From an uncultured Christensenella sp. (GTDB lineage Bacteria > Bacillota > Clostridia > Christensenellales > UBA1242), in the NCBI GenBank assembly GCA_949282135.1, contig CASDOR010000029.1, positions 9,685 through 73,684 of the forward strand: 64,000 nt of DNA, given 5' to 3'. The translations under genes were made by a program, and so were the position numbers. How positions within the stretch are numbered: the first letter of the stretch is position 1; each line of letters starts with the position of its first letter. Positions 1 through 15,500 of this stretch are shown here, piece by piece. The notes beneath the pieces are model-generated. The model was not told where the DNA came from. It saw only the letters and a list, made by a program, of their open reading frames with translations, and ran no database searches.

Positions 1-570
1 TTCAAGCACCTCTGTATTATCTTCTACCTCTACAACACAGTCCTTAAACCCACCTAAATCAATAGCATTTGCACCTGAAACATTAACATTACGTACAGAG
101 TAATTAGTGCCCTTTAGGTATCCTGCAATGCCACCAATAAAACTAGCTGAAGTTGAATAACTTGAAATGCTAGTTGATACACTCATGTTTCTTATTGTTG
201 TGTTATCACCAAAACCTACTAACGTTCCTACATAACTTTCAGAATTTAGTGACTCATTGGTAATTTTTATAAACGCATTATCAACATAACCATTGACAAT
301 ATAAGCATTTTTTGTGTATCCAAAAAGTCCAGCATATATATAACTAGAGTTATCTATTGTAAGTCCTTTTATTACATGTCCATTAAAGTTAAATACTCCG
401 CTAAATGGATAGACCGCAGAAACACCAATTGGTGTCCAATAGCTACCACTTAAGTCTAAGTCCTTAAGAAGTACAAATTCAGTATTACTTGTAAGTAAAT
501 TTCCACTATTTACATTGTTAGCAAGCCATACAAGTTCTTCTTCTGATGTAATAAGATAGATTGTATTAAC
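1..570 (-). repeat. Giant B repeat array 6 (canonical entry module; truncated by the window edge)
   Basis: The entry module is ITSEEELVWLANNVNSGNLLTSNTEFVLLKDLDLSGSYWTPIGVSAVYPFSGVFNFNGHVIKGLTI (~370-570). It is followed by AGLFGYT, GTLVGFG and GGIAGYL, and the array continues past nt 1. Confidence 0.75.
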
Positions 571-3500
571 GCTTACACCACTAAAACTTTCACTCGAGAA
601 ACTAACTAATGTTTTATCTATTTCTTTTATAACACTACTACCATCTTCTAATTTGGTAGAGGTAATACTGTCAACATAATCTAAAATAGAGTTTTTTTCG
701 CTAAAATCACTTGAGATGCTAAAACTTGTTAAAGTCTCACTTTCAACATTTTTCCACTCTCTACCAAGACCTCTAAGTGTTGGATACTCAGACAATTCAA
801 CACTATTTAAACTATATTCTTTTGTCCAAATATTTGCTGGATCTCCTAGATATTCGTTACTATCATCGTTATTTGATAGGTTGTCAAAAGTTGGGTTATC
901 AGAGTTTTTAAGCACAACTTCTCCAGTTTCATTTGTTGTAATATAATACATTGTCTTGACTCTAATTCCTATTGTGTTGTTACCTGGTGTCATCATAATA
1001 CTGGACAAGTTAAACACATTTAGTAACCTACTAGAAATATCAGTAGAACCAACAACTGAAGCCCCATCTCCAATACTATCGTCTCTTACCGTTATAATTC
1101 CATTCTCGGAGTTATACGCATTTCCTATGTAGGAACTTTCAAGCACTCCAACAAGTCCACCTATTGAAGAAAACCCTGTATTTTCACTATTAACTCCAAC
1201 TCTTGTGTTATTGTAAGCAAAGTATAGACCTTTTCTATTACTTTCACTTAGTACGGCGCTGCTTGTGAGTTCTCCAACTATTCCCCCAGCCGTATACATT
1301 CCTTCAATAATAGAATCCTCACTCTCTTCATTTTCAGTGTAAACCATAGTAAGAAGAGAATTACTTGCTTTTGCTACAACACCACCTGCAGTGGACACAT
1401 TTTTAATAACAGGCGAAGAAAGTCCAACATTTCTAATTGTTGCATTTTGCACTACACCAAACAATCCGCCATACTCATTACTTGCCATAAACGAGCCATC
1501 AACTGTTAAGTTTTTAATCTCATACATATTTCCATTAAAGGTTCCTTTAAATGGATATTCTTCACTACCAATAGGAGTCCAGAATTTATTTGATAAATCA
1601 AGTGGTGAAGTTAAATTAATTATTATGCCCTCGCTTTCAATCTCGCCACTATTAATCTGCTTTGCGATATATGCAAGTTCTTTTTCACTACTAACACTAT
1701 ATGACACACCTGTACTTTGAACCTCAGTAACCCTATCAAACCAGAAAGAAGTAGCAAGATTGTTTCTTAATGTTGGATACCAAGTGTCATATTGTCTTTG
1801 CCAAACATTTTCAAAATCCCAAACATCTATAACATAAGAAGTGTCATCTATTACTATTTCTAGCTCATAATTATTCTCACTTTTTAAAGTTGATGAAATT
1901 CTAGATAAAGCAAAGGTAGAAATATCTTCAACAGGTGTATAATTAGAAGTTGAAGCTTCATATTCAGTAAACGCTGTATAATTTATGCCTTGACTATAAG
2001 CACTTCCTCTTAGGTAGAAATTATATAGACTCTCTGGAACATAACTATCAATATCATCAACTGTTACATTTGTATTTGCATTTGGATTAGTAGTAAAAAT
2101 GAAATTATCAACACCAGCAATTGCACCAAGTGCATTTCTAGCCCTCATGATGTTATAAATAGTTAAACTTCCAACATTTAGACATCTTTCAATAAGAACT
2201 CTATTTGATACTTCGTTTGTGCCATAGGCATAACCTAGAACACCTCCGAGGAAAGTCTCACAGTTATTGCTAGATAAAATCTCACCTGCATTATAACTAT
2301 CATAAATATGAACTTTGTCTTTTGTCTTTTCATTACCCTCATCTGAATTATTAGTAATATAATATGTTAAATCACTAACACCAATAAGTCCACCAATTCC
2401 AAAAGTTGAACCATTTGTAGAATAAACTTCAACATAACCAATATTATATGAAGAGCTTATTCTCACGCCACCAACTACACTTTGGTCGCTTTCATTTCCT
2501 CGTCTTATGATGTCAAGTCTACCTATTAATCCTCCAATTGACATCTTAGCTTCACTTGAAGATATTGCATTAACTGCTATATCCCCTTCATTGCTTATTA
2601 AACTAGCGCTTAAGTCTGCATAGCCAAAGACACCGCCAATATCGCAAGTAGCATAATCTTCATACACACTATCTTCTGTTAAATCTACACTTGAGAAGGT
2701 ATTTGAATTGGTAATATCAATATTTCCATTGTTCTTAAGACTTTGTACATAATTAGAGGTAAAGCTGATACTATCTAACGTTCGTGGTGAAGTAACATAC
2801 CCCACTATACCGCCTACATAAATTTTATTTGAGTTAGTAGTAATACCAATATCCCCCTCATTAAAAGCACCTTCAAAGTCTACCATATTTTCAGCATGTC
2901 CTATGATTCCGCCAGCATATAAGTTAATAAGCCTATTAGAGATGTAGTTGTTAAGGGTATTAAAAGTATAAATCTCACCATAGTTTGTATTTGATAGTAA
3001 CTGGCCTGAAGAATCTACATCTAGGTAACTAAACACCACATTTTTAGCATTTCCAACTATGCCACCTATATAGACATTACTTGAAACCCTTGTACTAGAA
3101 TTTGTACTCTCAACTCTTGCATAGTTATAAGTGTTATAAATTGAACCAGCATTCATAAGACCGACAATTCCACCACTATAAGTTACACCTAAAGAATTAT
3201 TTCTATTAGTTATGTTGTAAATCTCAGTATTTTCTGCTCTTGCTACAAGTCCTCCGGCATATTCTCCACTAACCTCACCACCAAGAATACTTAAATCTTT
3301 AATTGTAGCACCGTCTGTCATTCCAAATAGTCCAGCATATTTTGGAAGTGTTAAGCCATCACCATCTTTTATTGAGTTTTCATTAACAGATACATATTTG
3401 ATACTATGACCATTTCCATTAAATGTACCTTTAAATGGATGTTCCTCACTTCCAATAGGAACCCAATATTTACCGCTTAGATCTATGTCATTATGGAGTG

Positions 3501-6500
3501 TAACTTCCCTGTCCTCATAACTATCTAAGCCACTATTTACAATATAAGCAAATGCTGCAAGGTCCTCTGCTGTATATATCTCAGTAGAAACACTATTTGA
3601 CCTAAAGTCGCTCCAGACATATTTTTCTGCAAGTTCAAGATTAACTGGATATCTTGTCACCTCATCTAAGTTGTCAAGTAAGAAGTTTTCATCCATTTCC
3701 CAATAACCATTTTTGTATGAGCTATAAATAACTTTCTTTGACGAAATAACAAGTTCAAAATTAGTTATTGTATTTACGTCTCCTCTATAAGAATTTAGAG
3801 AAACAAACACGTTTTCACCGTCCAAGTTTTCATAGCCAATATTGTTATATTCAAAGGTAAGTTCAACATTATCTATATACGCACGAATATTATTCGCTGA
3901 TGAATAAGAAGATACAGTAAATTTAATATTTGTAACTTCTCCCCCATTTTGAAGAGGCAATCTAAAGTTGGAGTATTCATACTCACCTGACACAAATATT
4001 TCATGTTCCTCATCTGCATAGACTTCGTCAACTCTAGAATTAGTTTCATCTGATAAATCAATTGGTATTCTAAGCCCATTTACTGAAATGTAATTTTGTG
4101 CTTTTAGATCATCAATAGATTCAAATGTATAACCATTTACTCTAGTACTTTGAGCACTATTGTTACCATAGATAAATATATCGTCTTCACTAGATGAGTA
4201 TTCCTCTGTAAATGTAAATGAATTTAATATAGGGCTTGCTATGTAGTAAAAATCTCTATATGTATTCTCGTCAATTTTTTCTAAGCTTTCAAAATCACTA
4301 CTACCATTTACTAAAATGTATTGCCCGCTTTCGTCTTTATAGTAAATGTATCCAAAACGAGCTTGATACCACTGATAACTTCTTTGTTCGTATGGAGTAT
4401 TCCAACTTCCATCTTTATTATAATCTACGAGTGTATACAAACTGTCATTATTTATAAGGTCACTTGGAGTACTAGACTCAATTCTGTAAAAGACATCTGC
4501 ATAAACATCATGCTCACCACCCATACTTCCTGAAATATTATTTTCTGATCTAACTGCATATGTCACTTTAGCTGGCATGCTTTCATAATAAAATTCGCTA
4601 GTAGAATATGGGAATACAACCTGCTCATTATTACTATCTACTAATATATTTGGACTATCTTCATTAACTTCAACTTCGTCAAGGCCTACTGAAATATATG
4701 TGCTTTGTAGATATCTTGCGGGATTTGAGCCATTTACAGTTGTATATAAAGTATTTGCATAATAACTAGGTCTAATATAGGCCATATCTTCAAAAATATC
4801 TCTATTTAAATTTTCATCATAGTAAGATATTACACCAATAAAGCCAGATAAGACACTTTCTGTTAAAAGTTTAGATGAATAATAAGAATAGTCCTCTACT
4901 AACCAGTTGTTTGCTGATACACAACTTGAAATTATAACATTTTTATTTTCACTTTCTGCAAAACTACCATAAAAATCTGTGTATTTACTTATATCAAAAT
5001 TAATGAGGGTGTTAATATCATAATTACCTTCTTCAACCAAGAGGCTTATATTATTCATACTTCCTATGAAACCGCCCATAATTTTATTTGACAGAACTGA
5101 CCCCGTTGCAACTACATTGACAAGTGCCCCTTCAAGCATACGTCCTACTGCACCGCCTGCAATTACAGCAAGTTCATTTCTTACATTAACATTTGAAATA
5201 CTATTTGTGATAAGTCCTCCATTGTTTAGTCCAACTAAACCTCCAATGCTGTTTACTTCTCCACCTAATCCACTAAAGAACAAATCAAATTCGCTATATG
5301 ACGACTCTCCAATACCATCATTATTGGTAGAATCTTCTAAATAATTTGAAGATGAACTTATTATAGTTCCCCTATTTTCACCGACAAGTCCGCCACCATA
5401 ACTAGTAGCTTTTATAAATGAGGTTTCTGAATGTGAAAGGTATGCGTTAGTATAATTTACAATACTATTTTCGCCAACAAGTCCAAAGGCAGAACCTACA
5501 ATGTTACCAACATAACTATTATCATTAGACACTGTTACATTATTCGCATTGTAATTTCTAAGTGTCGCAGTATCAACTACTTTTTTAACGTCAAATATTC
5601 CAACTACGCCACCAGCATATGACACCCTTGAAATATACGTATCATCCCTGTCAATATATAATGTACTATTAATTATTGAACTAGGAGCATCATACGAAGC
5701 ATTTACACTAACACTTGTCGTTATGTCTTTGATAATTACATACCCTGTTGCAATTCCTGCTAGTCCTCCAACCGCATTTCTACCCATTATGTAGGCTGAA
5801 GCACCAATTGTAGAGCCTATATTTATATTTGCTAAGAAAACCTTGTGGGAGTTAACCCTTTCATCTGCCCTGATTTCACCAGCAAGAGCACCAACAAACC
5901 TATGTGCGTTAGACAAAACTTGGTTTACGTTGATATTTAAGTTCGAAATTACAGTATCAAGCGAAGAATCTCTATCTGTTTCAATTGACGCAAATAACCC
6001 AAAGGAAGTACTATTTAGGTTTTCATCTATCACACTTGTATTAAAGTAAGAAATAGACAAATTATCTATTGTCATATAGTTACCTTGAAGTATTCCTTTA
6101 AAAGTTGACCTTGAGGTAGAAACAAAATTATTATTTAGGTCAATATCACTAACAAGTCTAAAGAAACTATTATTTGTCTTGTTCGTAGTGGTCTCAGTGA
6201 GCCAATAACTAAATGATTCATAATCATAAATAATTTTTGGATTTGTTCTAGAACCTACAATATCACTTACGCCTGTAACACTTGCGCTATAGTAGTAAGA
6301 TGCACTTTGAAGTTCTCTATAAGTTATACGAAGTATCTCATTGGTCTCTTCATTTCTTTCAATAATAATTGTATCATTTGCTCTAAAGTTTTCATCTGTA
6401 TCATAATAAACGTCACCAACATTTGTTCTTATATCAAGAATAGTCCCATCCCCATATTCAGCGCTGTCAAACTCAATACTTTCATCGCCCTCTTCATTTG

Positions 6501-9500
6501 TCACTATGTTACAAATTATACTTAAAGAATTAAGTCCATTTCTCGCCATAAAGTTATAGGTTAAAGTATTTGTGTTATTATTTCTTAGTGTAGAGAAAAT
6601 TAAATCTTCTTCCGTGTAATTACCATTACTATCTACTTGATAATAATTCGTAATTATCTCTGACGAACCAATACCAACTCTTTGTTCTTCGACATGTAAT
6701 TCACCAAGACTTGCTAGGTCAAAGTAAACTATATCTTCACTTTCATAATTCTTTTCTTTACCAAGATAATCCTGCTGACTAATTGTATTTGTTAAAGTTG
6801 ATACAAGAAGTGGCTTTCCTCCAACAATAACCCATGTGTAACCATCAATATAATTAAATTCTGTCCTATTATCTGCGTATCTATCTGTATTATACACAAG
6901 TGACAAGTCATAATTAATAAAGCTATCATGAGTTGCGAAATCATCTGTTTCAAGAGGGAAAGCTCTTCTATTAGCTGGTGTTTCACTTGGATTATTACTA
7001 TTTGGCAAATAAAAGTTTGAGTTCGCCCAAGTTCCACCTGTTGTTAAATAATAACAATTATTTAAAATTCCATTTACCACAACTCTTAAAGGTGTAAACT
7101 CTGTGCTTGGCCCAAGGAATGGGAATGCTGTGGTTTCATTATCTCCCACTCTCTTATAACTAATTGAATAAGACTTACTTATTTCGCTACTTGCAGAATC
7201 TAAATATACAAATCCAGCCATTATACTTGAAGTTGAAATAAGAATATTAGAATAACAGTCGCTAATTAGGTTGTTATTTTGATAAACAAAGCCACCTACA
7301 TTGCCACCATCTGATGTTATACCTGTACCAGTGTTCCTAATATCATTATCAGTTGAATTTCTTGCACCTTGCGAGAAGCACTCATAAATCACCCCATCAT
7401 TTTGATATACAAAACCTCCAACATTTGCTGTTGATAAGTTTGAAATAGAACTATTATCAAAATATGACGCAACTATTTTACCACTATTAATACCAACAAA
7501 TCCACCTGTTCTACCATAGCAAGTTAGCATAAAATCTACAACTTTTGAATTTGTGATAAATGCTTTTTCTGAATTTGTTGCTACAAGACCTCCGTTTAAA
7601 ATCACATCCATATTAGTGTTACTAATATTTAATGTTACACTTCCAGAAGTTGTACAATTTGTGATTATACCATTGTTTGTAACCGCAATTCCACCAAAGT
7701 TTACTGGTATGTTAGTTTTTGCCGTGTAAGTTAATGGATATGCTCGTGGCACGAGTCTTCCTGTTTCAATTGACAAGTCAACTCTATTTGTATAATACAC
7801 CGCTGTATTATAAATCATAGTATCTTGACCAATTTCATTAAATAATCCCAAATTAGCCACAGTACTTTCTTCTGTCACTTCAGCAAAGCTTGTAATATAA
7901 ATTTTATAGTTGTTTCCATCAAAACTATTTACATTAATGTCAAATGGAGTGTAGTTTGTTAGTTCTATGTCATTTACTAGTCTAAAGTCACCACCTTCTT
8001 CATTTGCTAAACTTAAAAACTCACTTGCACTTGACACAGGGACTGGATTATTAATGCCTACCCTGTCAACAAATGCCAACATAAATTCATCAATAAATGT
8101 GAAGCTTCCTTGATAAAGCGAGTGTTCAAAATTATAATCTCTAACATTTGCTATACCACTACTATCCTTTACTCTTGAAGTAGTGTCGTCAAAATGAGCA
8201 TATGAAAGTCTTACGTTTAATCTTAGGCTAGAATTTCTATCGGTTTCATATCCATATACAGCTATATAACCTCTATAATCCTCAACACCAAAAGCATTAT
8301 TATTGTACATTCTTCCATTTCTTAGCACTGATAATGTCCCATTACTATCAACATAAAGCCATACCCCTGAGACCTTTTCTCCTTCCGCATCAGAATCATA
8401 ATCTGCCTTTGTGATTTGCTCTTCAAGAATAGAAATATAACTAATAAAGTTCTCTTGAACCTCATATCCAGCATTTACTATTTGTTGATATAGTGAGTTA
8501 GTTTCATCTGTGCCAAAATTCAAATACCATTCATTGTACCAGTTGTTAGTTGTGCCAAGCACACTTTCATCAAAGCTAGCACTAACAGTTACTTTAAGCG
8601 GGGTTGTAACAGAATTTTGAAGAATCATATACCCCTGACTTACACCACTTGCTGAAATATCAGTTACAGTAAATAGAGAAATAACAAAACTAACAGTACA
8701 AGGGTCTGTCGTTTCCCCTCCATCAACCGTTGCAGTAATGTTTATAGTCTTTCCAATAAGGTCAGTAGTAAATAGATTATTCTCATAATCCATGATGTTT
8801 ACATAATACCTATCTCCTTCAAGGAAAGGTGTAAACATTTCTTTCATGCTTTCAGTAAGCTCATAGTCTGAGCTAGTAACATCAAATGAAATTGTCTCAT
8901 AATCATTAGTTGTACTAATGTTTAACTCTTGTCTAGTATTTGCTGGAAGATAATAAATTGTGTCTTCACCTAAATATTCCTCATTAAAACTTAAATTTAA
9001 GTCAGACCTTGCAAGAGTTGTGAACTCTATACTTTTTGATAAAATAACATTGTCTCTACTATCTAGCACATCAATTGTCATTGTATATGCTGTCCTGTCT
9101 GGAACATTACTTGGAATAAGCACCCCAAAGAAATACATTCTACTATAAGAATAAATCCCATTAGAACTTATACTTGCACTATCCTGTCCGCTAGTCTTTT
9201 GAACAATAAGTGCTCCGTTTTCATCAAAGATAGCACCGGAATTTGTATAAACTGTGAATTTATCTCCTGTGCCGGAATTATTGTAACGAAGTTGAGACAA
9301 AGTAAAAGAGTAATTTGCACTACTAGTATAACTTATTCTAAGCTTGGAATAATTTGCAAAATAAGGATAGACCTCAAAAGCAAATAGTGCTGTTCTACCA
9401 TTATAAATTGTATTACTGTCACTTGGTTTGTGTGGGAAATCAGTTTTAATATCTGAATAAATCCTAGCACTAATATCACTTACCCCATCTTGACCGTGAA

Positions 9501-12500
9501 CAATAATGGTCAAATCTATTTTGTTTTCGCTAGTGTTGGTTTTAGGCCAAAAACTAAGTTTGTATCTTTTCTCACTATTTAAAGCTGTTTCTTTGTCTTT
9601 ATACCATACAGTGTAAGTTCTTGATACGCTTACAACATTGCCCAAGTTATCATAATTAAAAACTTTATTACTACCTTCATTAAAGCCAAAATTATCGTCT
9701 GAAATTAGATCTACATTATTGTCTATATCTTCTCCATCAAAATCAGTTTTTACTGTCACTGTGAAAGAAAAATATTCTAATTGATTAATCTCAACTGTTG
9801 ATAGAATGTTATTTTCTATTATAATATCTGTTGCACCATAACTTGCTGTAACACTAAATGTCCTTACACCAATTTGATCAAGTAAAACTCTAATTACCTC
9901 GTTATTAAAGTCAATATATGGAATATATGAAATATTAAGTTTTTCACTAAATGCCATTAGAGGTTCAATGGATATAGATGCACTATTATCCACATCTACA
10001 TAATAGTATCCATCTCCTATCCCCCATACCATGCCTGCAATTCTCAAAATGTCATTTAAGTCTCTGTCTATACTTTCAAGTTTTAACGAATCAAACAATT
10101 TTTCAAGCTTTTCATCATCTTCGATAATAAATCTAAGCCCAACATTGTCATAACTCATAAGACCCACATTTTGACCATTAACATTTCTTATGTATTCAGA
10201 TTCGGAGTAAAGAGTTTGAGTTTGAGACTTTACAAGTTCTAACGTGCTGTTATTAATATTAGCGGTCAAAGAAGGGTTTGCATAAACTTCAAAGCCTGTT
10301 ATGCCTTCTGTCACAACCACTTCAAGTTGAGCACTTATATTTGAATTTAATTTTGAAGAGATAGTTATAATTGCATTGCCTAGACCTACAACTCTAATAT
10401 CTCCGCTAGGACTCACCATTAAAACTGATGAGTCACTGCTTCTAACATCAAATCTAGTAGTTTTGTTCGTCTCAATTTCGACACCAAGAGAAATAATGTC
10501 ATTTAATTTTATGGTGTTTACCTCACTCATAATAGAACTAGAATAGCTATTAAATTCATCAAGCCCATAGAAAAGCAAGAGAGCTGAGTTAGAAGCTTTA
10601 ATATAATTTACATAATCACCAGCATTATCATTCACCATTACCGTTATCACAATTTGCGAAGTTGAAATCAATGCCTCACCCTCAAACACTAGATATGGAG
10701 GTGTTTTTTCATCACCACTTTCCTGCCAAGGACTACCAGATACAGAAATAGAATCTATTGTTCCATTTTTCATCCCATTGACAAAACTTTCTCCAGTTGA
10801 AGCATTATAAATAATTGAGTAAGAGTTTGTTCTAGTTGAAATTGGATTTGTATTGATAGAACCTTCCCCATAAATGCAACCTATAGTAAATGAGTTTGAA
10901 ATTGTTGTATTATTGTCAAAACTAATAAAGTTTGACACGGCACCCACACCTTTTACATTTAGATAACTAGCACTATTTGCGATAATACAACTATTTGCAG
11001 CCATACCTATAAAGCCGCCAACATTGTTATTCCCAACCACATCATAACTACTATCTAAATTTGCCACATCTTCACTTAAACTATCTGAATTAAAATAACT
11101 AACTACATAGCTAAATTCAATATTTGCACCTGACGCATACCCAATTAAACCACCTACATAAGTTTCTCCTCTAACAAAGGTCCTAGAAGAATTACTAAAT
11201 GTGGCATAATTTTCAGCACTAATATTATAAAAACTACCCTGAAGTGCTTGACCTATTGCACCACCAACGTAATTTCGACCTTGTGTTTTTCCAGACATAA
11301 AACTGCGTTCTATTGAATACTCAAAGCTACCACTTGTATTATAACCAACAAGTCCGCCAACGTTATCACTATTAGGAGCAATAACCTCACCTTGGACAGC
11401 AAAGTTCCTAATACCACCCATGTTATATCCAACAACACCGCCAATACGCGTGTTGCTTGAGACTCCCGTCACTCGAATATTTAGCGAAGAATCAAAACCA
11501 ATATCATTAAATGTGTAACTTGCTTGGTCTGAGGTATTATATGAACCGACAACACTACCATAGTTACTTCCAACAAATCCGCCAACATAAATATTTTGAT
11601 TTTCTCCGCCCATCACAACGTTAATTGTGCCTTCCATATTAACGGAATCTATAATAGTATTATTTTCTATAACTCCATAGTTTCTACCTGCGATTCCACC
11701 CACTGACACAACAAAATCTTCACTATCATTATTAGTCGTAGTTATTCTATAATCAGTAAACCTAACATTAACATTATTTATAGTTCCACGATTTTCTCCA
11801 ACAACGCCACCAAATGCTCCAGTTACACTCGTAGTTGGTTGATAATAACTATACTCAATTGTTAGGTCTGTTATGCTTCCATTTACTCCAAGTTTGCTAA
11901 AAATTCCTACTAAATCTCTTGTATTATTCCCAACAAATCTTACATTACTAATGCCATAATACTGAACAATTTCCTTCCCTGTTTTATAGTCATATAAAAC
12001 ATATTTTCCAGTGAGTGTACCATTAAAGCCATAACCATAATAAATCGTGTCCTCTATATAAGAATCACTTAAGACGTAATTTCCACTTTCATCAAGAGTG
12101 TAATAAGTATCCTTTAAAAACTCTTCTTCACTATTTACATTAGCTAGATAATAATTTGCAATAGTATTAAAACTTTCTCCAGTTGGGATTTCGATATCTC
12201 GCGTCAGAACGTAGTTCTTAGAAACAGCATCAACACTTGCACCAATTTCTAAAAGTTCTTCGTAAGTTGAAATATGATAAGGAACATCAACCCCGTCAGA
12301 AATACTAATATTCAAAATCAAAGCCCCATCCCAAATACTAAGAAGATTTGAAAAATCAACTGTTCTTACATAATAAACTACATCCTCTGCATACTCGGTA
12401 GCTGGCACATATTCATTTCCCTGCAAGACATAATATAGTCCAGCTATGAAATTTTCTTGTGTAACGTCGTACTCTTCATATGTAGGATTTTCAAACCACA

Positions 12501-15500
12501 AATTATACTCGTTTATATCATTAATTTTATCTTGAGGAAGTATAATAATTACTCCCATTCCCTTGTAATGCCTACTTAACGTAAAATCTAATCTAAAATT
12601 GTTTTCATAGGTTTTTATCATGTCTAGTGTGTATAAACCACTATCTCCTTGAGGGACAATAAATTTATTTACTCCGTTTACATTAGACACTGCTATAAAC
12701 CTATATAGCAAATTATCATTAAAAATATTGTTTCCTGAAGTTTCTAAATCAATAGATGAAGAATCATCAATTCCTTGCCTAAAATTAATATCAAATCCAT
12801 CTAAAGAGCTAATACTACCTACTTCGTTTACATTTAAAATGTTTACCCTTACATTATTTTCATAACTAGCCCTATTAAACTCTCTAACATAGGCACTAAC
12901 TAAAATATCTTCATTTTGCCCATTATAAGACTCACTTAATCTAAACCAATAGTATCCGTCGTTTGCCAAATTAGATAATAGGGTGATTGGAGTATCAGTT
13001 CTACTATACTCTAAAACCAGAACTCCATTTTCTACTCTATACCTGTTTTCCAAAACGCCACTAATTTCAAGTTCAATCACGCCATAGTTATTAAAACTAA
13101 AAGTTGGTATTCTATTGCTATTTATGTTTGTGCTGACTTTTACCCCAAAAATACTAGGGTCATCCTTACTTAGTACCAACGCATCACTATCTAATACCTT
13201 ATCCTCAAAATAAATAGCACTAGAATCAAAAACTTGTGGTGTAGAAGTTTCAACTAAAATGTTTCTAATTGGAACATAAGAATTTAAAACAACATCCTTA
13301 GTTAAAATTGCCCCATCAAGATTGTGAATTTCAAATCTCAGAATGTAAGTTCTATCTGTTCCATTATCATTTAAAAAACTAAAACTTAAATTTCTAGTAT
13401 CAAAAGAGAAATATCCATCTTGATAAATATAGGAATTTAAACCTCCTAAACTTGGAACAAGTGTATCTGGATTTTCTCCACCTTCCTCGTCAATTATACC
13501 ATTATCGTTTTCATCAAAATAAACATAAGTTTGTAAATCAAATTGCAGTTGATCAAGAGGTCTTGTTGACATAATAAAGTTAAATGTCCTTTGGGCTTCA
13601 ACAACTGCAGACTTTGTACTAGTATTATCATTCGCTAGCACATGTTCCCCTACGCCCTTATCATAAGTTGTAACTGACATGGTCACATAAAACACACTAA
13701 TTGGACTAAAAACATTAACATTTATTTCATAAACTGTGGATAAATTTGGTGCAGTAATAGTAACTACACTAGATCCACTTGACACTGGCTCAATTAAAAA
13801 CTCGCCATTTCCATTGTTTATAATTCTAGCAACACTAACATCGCTTGATGAAATTGTAAGAAAATCAAACGCTGGGTAATCAGTTTTAAGATTTACGGTT
13901 ACTTGCCTACCAACATTCAGATCGATATTTATATTTTCGTTTCCAATAAAAGTTTTGCTATCCGTTTCACTTGCGGTAAAACTCACATCTTGCAACCCGG
14001 TATTAGAAACTATTTTGTCTCCATTTTCGTCAAGGACATAATTTCCTTCTTCATCAACTTCATATGTATAATTTATAAAGTCGTAACTAGTCACTTTACT
14101 TATGCCCTGCACTGTTTTAAACCAAATAACAGCAGTTGTAGCACCACTATCTGGTTTTTCTGCCCTAAAGACCATATAAAACTCTGAATTTACTTGAACA
14201 GTCTCATTAGGTTTAACATAAAATACTCCGCTTTTCTCAAAAGAAGTTTCAAAATCACTATCTGTAAGAGGTCTTGTCCCCTCATGTTCATATGTGATGG
14301 CAAAGTAGGAACTTGGAGTTAATATCCTATTTAAGCTTCCATCATAGAACTCAACAAAATACCTAGCATCTTCCGCTTTTACATTACTAGGTTCTACTAC
14401 GTCTATTTCAAATTTCTCACCAAGCAAATCAGCGGACGTATTAAGATATAAATTACTTGTATAAAAACTTCCACGCCAAGCCTCAATTATACTTTGCAAG
14501 TCTCCTTCCTCAAAAGTAAAATGAGGGATGGTATTTCCGTTAATTTCAAAGCTCTGAATTAAACTATAAACCGTAGTAGGAACACTAGTATTAATTGGAT
14601 AATTAATCACTTCATAGTCTGCATAATTACATGTAAATACTAGATTATAGATATCATTTTCGTAGCCCACTCCATCGGTCTTTTTATTTGATTGAAGCCT
14701 AATAAAAGCATATGTCACACTGGCATCTTCGTAACTATCTACTTGAAAACCAGCATCATCATAATAATAGTATTCACTATCATACCTAGGTTGAGTTGTA
14801 GGATATAAAAAAGGATATAAACTATCTTGAATAACTGCGAATTCTATTTTCTCTCCATTTGAATTAACTTTGAGTATTAAGTCTTTATAACTAAGACCAT
14901 TCCCCATGTTATAAACAAATTCGAGTAAAGAATCTTGACTTAATTTATTTTCTTCTATTACATCATCAATACTAGTACCAACATATACTTCAAAATTAGT
15001 TAAACTAGATAAAATTCTAATTGTTGAAAATGCAGTTAGATTTTCTCCTAGCGGACTATCATAAGTCGCTTTAACCGTAAGTGAAGAAAGATTTATATTC
15101 GTCGTCCTAGTAAGAGATAAGATCTTTGTATTTGGATTGTAGCTAAAGCCTTCCGTTCTAAGAGTGTCACTCGACATAGTTTCAAAATTGTCGGCACTCC
15201 CCGTGCCAAACTCAAGTGTAAAATCTTGGTTTGCAGGAATTCCTATAACCTCATTTGTAAAGTCAATACTAGTCCTTTCTTCCTTCGATAACGCAAGTGA
15301 ATCTCTTCTAAATGATATGCCATCTGACACTTTTACCACTTCAATATATATACTTGAAGTTATTCCAGATTCGGAATTTCTAGCAACTAAATATCCTTGC
15401 CCCTCGCTTGAAGCAACAACTGCCACACGAATACCATTTGAAATATGTTCAGTATCTGACTCATCAACTCTAACTGCATCAGAATTGTAAGCAAAACTGA

